Assembly (NCBI GenBank): GCA_010405405.1
Contig: MU004230.1
Coordinates: 2,204,627 to 2,268,626 of the forward strand
Origin: Microthyrium microscopicum
Lineage: Eukaryota
Length of the DNA: 64,000 nt
Direction of reading: 5' to 3'
The translations under genes and the position numbers were made by a program. Shown in pieces: positions 50,704 to 61,400 of the stretch. The notes beneath the pieces are model-generated. The model searched no databases, was not told the DNA's origin, and saw only the letters and a program-made list of their open reading frames with translations. Position 1 is the first letter of the stretch, and each line of letters opens with the position of its first letter.

Positions 50704-53700
50704 ATGGCGGCCGTTGCAACTCCCAACAACGCCATGGAGCTTGCTAGGTACACTTCAAACCCTCAGCATCTCATTGACCGATCTAATTCTCCAAATAGCT
50801 CTTTATCAAGCGATGATATACCCGTCAAACTTCGATGCGCCACTTGCTCTCAACTGGTCATCAATGCCTCTAGGCTGCCATGCTGCGATCAAAATATTTG
50901 CGAGACCTGTACGTTGCTCGCGTGATCCACTATGTAACAGTCGCTGATATCGAACGTTCAGGTCAATCCACTCTCCCCGAGACTTGTCCAGTCTGCTCCC
51001 ATAAACCCATCGCCGCCGCGGATTGTACACCAAATCGAGCTCTGCGTCTCACAATCAAAGCCTTTCTCAAACAAGAAGAAAAGAAGCGTGAGAAGGAACG
51101 ACTTGCAGCTGCTGCGCCTCCAAAACCCACCACTCCCATAATACTAAGCGAGGCCGAGAGCTCGAAAGATACCGTTTCAAAAGCTGAAAATACAGAACCT
51201 AATGGCTCTTCCGCTCAGAGCGACGGGCAAGCAGCCGAACAGCCTACTGAAGGTACTCAAGACGTAAGTTTTGTCATGAAGAATAATTGCCTAGCAAGTA
51301 CTCATGCTTCATATAGGATATCACAGATAGCAAGGGACCTGATGGCACTGAAGAGGTGGTAGCAGTTCCTGACAACTCCGACGTTGCTGCAGATCCGACC
51401 AAAACAGAGGGTGAGGATGAAGTGGAAGCAACGTCTGGAGACAAACCGGTTGAAGCTGGTACGAATGTGCAAGGCGCAAATGCGACGTTCAATCAATTCG
51501 GGCTCGGTGGAAATCAAGGAGCATTTCCCGGTATGGATTGGTCCCAGGCAAACGGTGGTTTTAATCCGATGATGCAAATGCAAATGCAAAATGCCATGAT
51601 GAATGGTAATTGGGGCTTTCCAAACATGATGGGTAAGTTGTTTTCTTCATTCACATGCTTATCTCAAACTAAACAAAACTCCAGGGATGCCAGGAATGAA
51701 CATGAATCAAATGGACATGTCTCAGGGGATGTTCGGTGGCTTTGGAATGTCAGGCATGAACGGGATGAATGGCATGATGGGCAACGGTATGGATTTCAAC
51801 CAGCAGGGATATTGGAATGGACAACAAATGTCTAGCGACTTTGGCAATGCTTCTGGCAATTATTTTGCTGGTGGTGGCCCTGGATATAATCAATCCCACC
51901 AGAGTCATTTTGCCCAACGGCAAATTCCCAAGAATGATACACAAAGCCAGAATCGTTTCAATCAGCGACGAGGTTCAACTCAGACCCCAAATCAGGTCTC
52001 ACCAGAAGATGAAGCTAAAAAGGGCACTTCTGTGGGTGCGACCAGTGATGGTGCGGCGAAAGATGGTGCTGTTGAAAATGATGCATCTGCTGCTGCTGAG
52101 TCGGAGCCAAAAGGTTCCCCAATGGAAGTCTCTGAAAACAAGCATGATGGTAGTAATCCTCAAAATGACTCTGAAAATGCGGCAGATTCCAACACTCCCA
52201 ATGCTAATATGAATGATGGCCAAGGTGCAGATGGTAATGATACTAATATGACAGAGCAAGACCAGACCATGCCCGACGCAGAAACTGGTAATGATGGAAC
52301 TTGTTCCCAGGACGGATACGACAATGATCAGCAGTATGGCATGATGCAGAATGGTCAATATATGTCGAATTATGGTGACAATGGTTACATGCAAGCTCCG
52401 TATAACCAAGGTCAAGATATGCAGTACAACTATATGCAAGATCCATCCTACCAAAACGATATGGGCGCAGGCGGCTACCAATACACTGGCCGTGGTCGAG
52501 GCCGAGGTTTTGGACGTGGTGGCTGGCGTGGTCGTGGTGGGTTCTACAACAACAATTACAACAATAACCAATATAGCGACTCCCAGGTCGTCACCCCTGC
52601 TGCACCAGTTGTTGTTGAAGGTGCTCCCACTGGCCCCCGTGCTATGCGCGAAGGCCAATCAAGAGGAGGCTTTAGAGGTCGTGGTGGTTATCATGCTCGA
52701 GGAGGCTATCAAGGAGGCGATCAATCAAGTGGTCCACAAACTGGTCGTACAGACATGACGAGGGAAAGTTCGCCCAAAGGATCTACTGCCGCCATTGGTG
52801 AACAAGATGGCCGACGGACTGGGCGGTCGCGAACACGATCCCGGTCGCCATCAAGAACTCATTCAGAGTCGAGAGACCGTCGCCGTCATCGCTCCCGAAG
52901 TGTCACTGATGACCGAGATGCCAACGATAAGGACCGTAAGCGTCGCCACCATCGATCTTCGCGCTCCAAGCACGAACCCGACGAGGAGCGAGGTTATGAA
53001 GAAGACCGATACGAGGATTATGCTCCACGCCGTTCTCGAGAGCTTTCCGTAGCAAGCTCCAAGTCCCGCCACCGCAGCCGCCGCGAAAAGGAAAAGCACC
53101 GCTCCTCCCGCTCCCACCGCGACTCAAGCCGCGAACGCCGAAAACGTCGTCATCGAACCCAATCACCAGCCCAAGACGAGCAGCCCCGTAATGACGAAAC
53201 CTACGAAGTCAAAGACAGCAGCCGTATCCCCTCCGAAAGCGACCGTAGAAGAAGTCGCACTGAGAGACACCGAGACCGCGACCGAGGAGGTGATCGAGAT
53301 AGAGAAGAACGTCCTCGCGACAAACACCGGGATCGCAAACACTCACGTCGTGACCGCTCTCCCTCGCCCACAGCCGATACACATCATCGCTCCTCACGCC
53401 ACAGCCGTCGCGAATCAGCACATCAAACACATGATGATAATATCCCAAGTGACGAATTCAAAATCCACGGCCGCTCAAAACTCTCATCCTCAACCAGCAC
53501 CCGCAATCCACCCGCCGGCCCACGCGCACTACTCGCAACCCTCAACCCACCAGCCCCATCGTCCTCACGACGCATGAAACCACCCACCCCAACTTCTGCC
53601 ACACCCGCCGAGTCGCCCGTGAACCCGCACGACGTGGAGCGCGAAGCACGAAATCGTGAACGCATGTTGAAGGAGCAACAGCGTAGAATGCAATTGACGG

Positions 53701-53837
53701 GCAAACGACCACATGGGGACGCCGAAGCAGCTCCTCGGAAGCGTGGACGACGAGGCGGTTACTATGAGGAGGGAGAAGATGAGGAGAAGAGAGCGCGGAG
53801 AGTTGAGAGTGAGCGGGAAGCGGCAAGATGGAATTAG
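50704..53837 (+). CDS. RING-finger protein with M/G/N/Q-rich, RGG and RS/RD-rich regions, 5 exons
   Basis: DIPVKLRCATC...LPCCDQNICETC|QSTLPETCPVCSH (RBBP6/Mpe1-type RING spacing); four GT-AG introns; long final exon with RGRGG repeats and RS dipeptides. Confidence 0.85.
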
Positions 53838-55186
53838 AATAGCTGCTCCCAATGAGCTTCCACTCATGCTGAGAAATTATGTGTAGCATAAAGGATAATC
53901 AGGGATTGTTGTGTAATTACTTAAAACTCCATATGAGTTGTAGAAGCGATCGATTATTTTCATGTCGGTTGAATAAAGACTTTGTCTGATCATTTATCCC
54001 CGCCTCTTCGCCGTGATGTCCATGCTTAAATGTTTCTTGAAGGCCATGTGTGCTTGCACTTGTGTTCTAACTGGCATTATGAATGATATTCGATTACTGC
54101 TAGACCTGAGGCTACCGTCTCTGGCTGGCTATCGGATACATTGTTTATTCTTGATTCACTATGCAGCAGAACACTATTTTGGATTCGTAGAAGTGGTTAG
54201 AGAGTCGTAGAAGTCAAGATTTCATGTTCTCTCGATCGAAATACTCCAGTTCGGCAGCCAGATATCCACTGAAGGACAAAACTGTTTTCGTTGAAGGTTG
54301 AGACTTTTTTTCTTCACCAAGTGAACCGCAGAGAAATTAGACTCTGCCGGAAGATAAATAGCGAAACTGCTCGCTAAGTTAGCTAGAGCTCCCGCTATTT
54401 TTGTTTGCTTCCAGGCAACTGGGGCGCACACGCATTTAGTGGGAGGAGCCAGTAGGTTAGCCCCTAACAAAGGGTACAAAAGGCCCCAAGATGGCCACCA
54501 GCAAAAGGGACAACAATACAAATATCATCTCCCCCACTATGTCTTAGCCCGCCGGAGTCATTAGCAAAAGGGACATAGACCTCGTGGCCACTAATTTAGC
54601 GAGCTCGCTAGCTGGCCTCTTCCATTTCAGTACTCTGTACGGAGTATCAAGCTGCCTGGCACTCCGTACTCCGTAGACCAATACTTCTCCTTTTCATATT
54701 TTGCAGAGAGATGTTTCGCCAACTTCACACTACGTCAAAGACCATGCCACACCTCTTGTTTTCTTCCAGCAAGACTGGGTGCTTTTATTCGCTGGAGAAA
54801 CCATTCCCGTTGGTCGTTAATAGTCTTGCTCCAAGGCTCCAAGTTAGAGTAGAGCATGGTTTGCCTCAGACGGTGGTTTGAGAGCCAATCGAAGATATAA
54901 AACAGATCATTCTCGTTATCTTGGTACAAAGTTCAGGTCTTCAAAAGAAAATGTCACAATTCTGAAATGACCAGTCGTTAGAATATGAACCAAACTTATA
55001 CGAAGCTAAGCTGAGTTTGATAAGGTCAACCGTTGCCGCATGCCGATCTAGGACTTGCCCCAGGAATTTTGACATCCAATACTTTTCTTCCAACATCTCC
55101 ACGTGTGAATCTGTCGATCAACACCACAGCCTGCTTCTTTGCCTAATTTCTCGCCTTCCCTTTGCGCTCATGAACTCATATCTCTC

Positions 55187-56753
55187 ATGATGTCGGAGGA
55201 TAAAAGGGCTGAGGCGGACACCCCGCTGATGGATATATGCGAGCCAGACAGCAATCGCCCCGCTTGGTTGGACTCTGAGCAAAGAAAATCTTCGAGGTGG
55301 ACTCAAATAGGTCTTGTTTCATTGACTCTCTTAGTACTTGCAGGCTTTACGTGAGTACATACTGCTCTGACTGTTGTCATTACAAACTAATATACAGGGA
55401 AGAGTGGTCACTGGCAAGTCTAAATGCAACACTGTCCAAAAAGGCTTTAACTGCCAAGGGGAACTCTCACATCTTTGGGGTCAATATTCGCCTTGGTTCA
55501 GTGTGAAATCAGAGATCAGTCCAGATATCCCAGAGAAGTGCACAGTGACATTTGCGCAAGTTCTAAGTCGCCACGGATCTCGCGACCCAACTGCTGGAGC
55601 AACTCTGAAATACGCCGCGCTGATTGCCAGCACCAAGACGGTTGTCAAGTCTTTCCCAGGCAAATATGCATTTCTCGCCAACTACAGCTACACTCTTGGT
55701 GCCGACCAGCTCAATCATTTTGGTCGGCAGGAGCTCATCAATTCTGGAGTCAAATTCTACGGCCGCTACAAAAATTTGGCCAGAAAAGTCTCCCCATTTG
55801 TTCGATCTGCTAGTCAAGAAAGAGTCGTAGAATCAGCACAAAAATTTGCTCAAGGTTATCATAATGCTCTGCTGAAGGATAAATCTCACGGCAAAGACAG
55901 CTATCCTTACCCTATCGTTGTCATCTCCGAGGATAGTGGAAGCAATAATACGCTGAACCACGGTCTCTGTACTGCATTCGAAAATGGCACGGTATCAGTC
56001 GGCGACTCGGCTCAGAAGAAATGGCTGAGTGTTTTCGGGCCTGCCATCCAAAAGCGACTCAACAACGACCTCAAGGGCGCCAACTACAGTCTCTCTGACG
56101 TCGTCTCCTTCATGGACTTGTGCCCTTTCGAGACCGTCGCTTCACCGACTGGTGTACTCTCATCGTTCTGCGTCCTCTTCACCAAAGATGAGTGGAAAGC
56201 GTACGACTACTACGAATCTCTTGGTAAATTCTACGGCTACGGGCCGGGCAACCCACTCGGTCCCACACAAGGTGTTGGCTTTACCAACGAGCTGATTGCG
56301 CGGCTCACTAACACTGCCGTCCAAGATCACACTAGCACGAACCATACCCTTGATTCCAGCGCATCCACGTTCCCATTTGACAAGAGCCACGTGCTGTTTG
56401 CGGATTTCAGCCACGATAACGATCTGACTGGAATTCTGGCGGCATTGGGTGTATATAATAAGACAAAACCGCTCAGCAATAGTACCATTGAGACTGCCAA
56501 ACAGGCGGGTGGATATTCGGCGTCTTGGACTGTGCCGTTCGCGTCGCGCATCTACTTTGAGAAGATGACATGTGGAGGCAAATCGAGTGGCAAGAGTAAC
56601 GAGGAGCTGGTCCGAGTGATTGTCAACGATCGGGTATTGCCGTTGGAGCAATGCAAGGGGGACAAGCTTGGACGATGTACTTTGCAAAACTTTGTTAACA
56701 GTCTTTCGTTTGCTCGAAATGGTGGACTCTGGAATGAATGCTTTCCAAGATAA
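55187..56753 (+). CDS. phyA: 3-phytase A-like histidine acid phosphatase
   Basis: RHGSRDP active site, DFSHD, HLWGQYSPWFS and GNPLGPTQGVGF. An upstream exon carries a hydrophobic segment; the exact intron acceptor is uncertain. Confidence 0.92.
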
Positions 56754-58016
56754 AAGGCCTGCTTTTATCTGTGCAAACGCTTTCATGATTGATGTAGACT
56801 ATATGAGATAATTCCTAATGTTACACCCATATTATCACAGATTACTCTTCTTCTGGAAGCATTGACAATGCTTCATTGAGCTTATGGGACCACCCGGTTG
56901 TCTTTCTTGGTGTCATCGGCATAAACTCAACCAGGCTGGAATCCGAAGCAAGGGAAAAGTGTTGACTGTGTTGGTTCCACAGAAAAAGCACTGTATCCAG
57001 ATATAATATATATCCGCATAATATGGCAAAGTGCATGTCCACACTGAAGTGGGTAGGGCTTACTTCTAAAACAGCTGCATCAAAAAAGACGAAGTTGAGC
57101 TGTATGAGCCTGCGTTACCAAGAATGGCATTTATTTGGCTGCTCTGTAGCCATACTTAGTGAGATTATCCAGATAATGCTGCCTTTTTATACGAAGTACG
57201 AAGTAGTGTGGGTTGTACGAAGCTGCAGGGACCCAACCCATGCGAAAACCAAACGCCATGTCTCACAATCCCAGCTGAAGATCGAGGCTCATGCATGGCG
57301 CACGTTAGTTTCATGTGGAGATCGGACCCCTGAAGCCAAGATATCAATGTCTATTTAACTACATCCCATCCCCCAGATATTTCCTCTTTTCTAGTTTTTT
57401 TTATCTTTCACTTGAAACTTGATTTGGGTGTCCCAATCTTTGCCAAAGTGTGTTTTTATGTTCCCTTCATCGATTGGGGGGGATATTGTTGCTTGGATGT
57501 TGATACATTTGATGGAAGTCTTCAGTCATATTGATCAAGTTGATGTGAGATTGGTTGACTTGTATGGGTGCGGGAGCATAATGGGACGGGAGCAGACTCA
57601 ACGTTGGGACGGAGTTAAGAGCTTGTAGAGCAAGTTGGGCGGAGTTAATATGAGCCAGTTTGTGGTGGCAGCTTAGCAAAGTGAAGGGCCAAAGCTGTCT
57701 GCTCCACAGGAGAATGGCCAGCTGTGCCATGGAGGGGCTAAATTTTTTTGGGCTACTTCATGAAAGAATTAGTGAGAGATCACTAATATTTAGCGACAAA
57801 TTGCCATCTGTTGGCGAGCAGTCCTAAAATTTCATAGCCTGCTGAACCTCCCAACTCTGTCAAGGAGATGATTGGCAATGCAAAAATGACTTCAAGCTTT
57901 CTTCGGAATTTCTAAAGTCATTACCTGAAGCACAACCGTATGGTAAAGTGCGGAAGGAATTGATCTGTGGGCAATAGCTCTTAGTTAAGCCTGTATATAC
58001 AGATTTGGAAGGCTAT

Positions 58017-58250
58017 TTGAAGTCAGTGATCCGCTTTCGGCGGGATCTGATGAATAAGAACCTTCTTCTTGATTTAAGGCAACTTGAAGTCAGTGATCCG
58101 CTTTCGGCGGGATCTGATGAATAAGAACCTTCTTCTTGATTTAAGGCAACTTGAAGTCAGTGATCCGCTTTCGGCGGGATCTGATGAATAAGAACCTTCT
58201 TCTTGATTTAAGGCAACTTGAAGTCAGTGATCCGCTTTCGGCGGGATCTG
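58017..58250 (+). repeat. Perfect 67-bp tandem repeat, 3.5 copies
   Basis: Unit TTGAAGTCAGTGATCCGCTTTCGGCGGGATCTGATGAATAAGAACCTTCTTCTTGATTTAAGGCAAC starts at 58017, 58084, 58151 and 58218. Confidence 0.97.
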
Positions 58251-59510
58251 TAGAATGAACGCCCTCTTGTTTAATTGTACATGTCTGCAACCTTTGGTCT
58301 TCCCGAGGACTTGGAGCGCGGAAAGTGATTGAGAGAGTTTTATGGATTATGAATTATTTACTACGTTCCAGTGGAGCTTCGGAGTAACTGAACTATAAGT
58401 ATCATATTCATATGACTGAGTCCTGAAAGATGACTTTGCAATGTCAATACGAGGCGCGAGTCAGTGTTGGCTTGAGATGTGCGATACCAGCACTGAGGTG
58501 AATCGGTGCTTGCTGGAGCTTGCAATACTGAAACCAGAATAACCACCATAGAGAGAAAACATGTGATTCTGGACCAAGACTTGGGCAATCTTGAGTGTAT
58601 TTGCATATAATAATGAATTATCTTTCAAAGATAGAAGAGCATCTGAGCGAACTAAATAACTGCAGTAAATCAGAACTGATTTGCAGTTCTCCCATGTGGA
58701 TAACAGAGGTTGTTCTTGGGTTCCCGAGAGTCACCTGCTTCACGCGGGTGGCTCTCGGGGGTGTGAGGCAAGCCTCCAATTTCTAGATCCAGGATACATT
58801 GCGTTTAAGTGAATTATTCTCTAGAAATATCCGCGTAGGGGGTATGCAAACATTACTTTCAAAGTTCTGTTCTCCCTGATGGCCAAGTCGACGGTTTCCA
58901 TTGTGGTGTGGAAGTCTGAGCTTGCTCACAAAGCTGAAATACCTGACCGGCAAACGTATTGTAGAGTACTTACTAGAGTACTTATCATTTCTCGGGCCTC
59001 AAAACCTGTTACGTCCCTGCCTCTCTTGCCAAGTTGAGCGGAATGGTTCCGGAGAATCTTCGTATTGCTTTCAGATATGTTTAGTTCTCAGCAAAGCCTC
59101 AAGTCATCTTGAGGTGAGTTCTTAGACGGTACTTTGGTAAATGTTAGCGTTACAGATTCTCAAGAAGTTCAAGCGTACTGTCTAGTGGTTTCTTGAGCCA
59201 CTTTTCAGAATTGGGGTTTAAAAACCTGCTGCGTACTTGTTCATCTTTAAAGATACCTGAACGGCTGTTTGTATTCTCAGTCGGGATGCTATCTTAACAA
59301 CTATAACCCCGCTGGTGTTGACATGTCGCAAAGAACATAAGTTAAAGTGCCCTGCCTTTCTGGGAGCCACTCGCTTGATGCCTTTTCTACCATTTTTTGG
59401 TATGTGACATGTTGGCGTAGGCCGGCGTGCGTGGACTCGTGGGTGTGAGGAGCAAGAGAGAGTGGAATCGTGGAAATCGTTTTGGAGGGAGGAGTTGATA
59501 ATATGGGTGG

Positions 59511-59692
59511 TGCCATTCGACTCGCAAACGGACGGACGGACGGATCCCTTCCCCCCAACTGATGGGTAAGCGAAGGGATGTGCCACTCGACTCGCAAACG
59601 GACGGACGGACGGATCCCTTCCCCCCAACTGACCATCTCGAGGAATTGGCGGCCCGAGATGCTCTCCTTCAGTGTTGGGTAAGCGAAGGGAT
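59511..59692 (+). repeat. Direct duplication of a GGAC-repeat + stem-loop unit
   Basis: TGCCA(T/C)TCGACTCGCAAACGGACGGACGGACGGATCCCTTCCCCCCAACTGA at 59511 and 59581, each followed by TGGGTAAGCGAAGGGAT. Confidence 0.92.
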
Positions 59693-60547
59693 ATGGGTTG
59701 CGCCTTTGACGACAGAAAACGCATATGGGTTGCACCAATCTACTCAGATTTCCAACACCCATACGGACGACGACGGGCCTTGAGCTGTCAACGGGAGCGA
59801 GACTAACCAAAACGACACGGACGGACGGATGACGGGCCTCGAGCTGTCATACAGGGGCGACTACATGCCATGAGCATTCAGAACAGAACATCAGCATTTG
59901 GACCAGTCGACGGGCAGGGCTCCTTTTTGGACCCGTAAGACCCCGACTGTTTACTCGGTTTACTGGGTGGCAGTCGGGGAAAACCGCAGACTTGAGCTAG
60001 TGATTTTGCAAAAGCTGGAAATCATTAGCAAGAGGAGAAAAGCATGAGTCTCCCAATAATGAGTGACAGGATGGAAACAGCAGAACTGTAAAATCAATTA
60101 TCAGTGTGAATATTCTTATGGAGCAGAGCCACCAAGATGGACTCAAATTAACTTTCATCGAACGAAGAGAACATTCGCAAGCTTGAGCTGGGAACGACCG
60201 GGAGTTGTGCAGTTTTGAAAAGTATCAGATTCACATCTGATATGCTTTGAAACAGTACAATGACCTAGGCATGTCGTTAAACTGCCACTCGGACGGACAA
60301 AGCTGAAAAGGCCTTGGTAGCGCTGCTCACTTCACAGAGGGGGGCAGAATGATTGACGCCTTGGAAGCTTTTCCATGAGGAAAGAGGGTGGAAAATTTAC
60401 TATTGAGATAGATAGTGCTACCGACCTCACAGAGGGAAGTGGAATGATCGACTCTAGTATATCCATGCCTAGCCTTGGAGTGCCTCAATGGCCTTTCCGA
60501 ACTTGGACGGCAACTCTTTGCCGGATGAAAAGTTGAATCTCCAAGGT

Positions 60548-61400
60548 CGCCTGGGCATGTAGTTCTGCTATATGCCCAGGCGGGAAGAAGAGGGAGCAGA
60601 GAAGTAGTGCCGTGGGAGTTGGGGCTGGGAAATTCAGTGTTTGCGGAATGTATCTTGCTTTGGCTAGATAGAGAGCTATGCCCAAACACAATGAATTTCC
60701 CATCAAGCCAAATATATTCTCTATCTAGTCAAAGCAAAACCATTGTAAGACTTCGGAGTTGTAAGCAACTCGTAATTTGTAATCTGTAACTCGTAACTCG
60801 TAAAATATTTTTTTGAAAGCAAAGAACCGCTTCCGACCTAGTCGCTGGCCTTGTGCTGGTGCTAGGGCGGGTAATGGCAGAATCGTCTTGAATAAGGCAA
60901 TCTGACGCAAGAACTGAGGACTGAAGGCACAAACCAAAAAAACACGGACTTGAAGCGGACCTGGGTATGTCGTTGGCAAACTGCCCCTCGTGAGCGATGA
61001 GTTCACGAGTACTGCTAATTTGTAGGCGAATCGGGAGCGGGACTAACCTACAGGTCGAACGGGAGCGGGACTAACCCACAGCTCGGCCGGCCGAGGGTAC
61101 CTGAGCATGTCCCCATATAAGAAAGTAACTGCTCGTAGGGAAGTGTGATGAGGAAAGGAAGGCTCGGGGAATTCGGTTTGCAGATGTATCCATGCTTTGG
61201 CTGGATAGAGAGTAAAAGTCTCAAACATAACGAATTTCCCGTATAATGCCTTCTATAGTGCGAAAAATCTCTCTATCCAGTCAAAGCATAACTGTAAATT
61301 TGCCTAAGCTATTCTCAATACTTTAAGAAAATAAATAAAATAAAACCTAGTCATTTCCGATTTATCTATTGGCCTTGCGCTGGTGTTAGAACGGGGAGAA
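60548..61400 (+). repeat. Two diverged copies (~60550-60880 and ~61100-61400) of a structured module
   Basis: Shared ordered blocks CCTG(G/A)GCATGT, GGG(A/G)AATTC, TGCTTTGGCT(A/G)GATAGAGAG, GAATTTCCC, CTCTATC(T/C)AGTCAAAGCA, ACCTAGTC and TGGCCTTG(T/C)GCTGGTG. Confidence 0.88.

Noticed and set aside
58017..58250. CRISPR array or hammerhead ribozyme
   Set aside because: The units are wholly identical with no unique spacers, and there are no cas genes. CTGATGA is present, but GAAA does not follow stem II and stem I does not pair next to the GTC.
59218..59810. 168-aa and 169-aa minus-strand ORFs
   Set aside because: They are overlapping translations of the GGAC/stem repeats with no protein motif.
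60626..60643. RNase P RNA CR-I (GGGAAATTC.GTG resemblance)
   Set aside because: The segment has a full local complement and is duplicated; no CR-V/P4 partner was seen.
60969..61023. HDV-like ribozyme (CCCTCG loop, GCTAA, possible P1/P2)
   Set aside because: P3 and P1.1 do not form properly, and a simple hairpin (CTCGTGAGC/GTTCACGAG) explains the sequence better.
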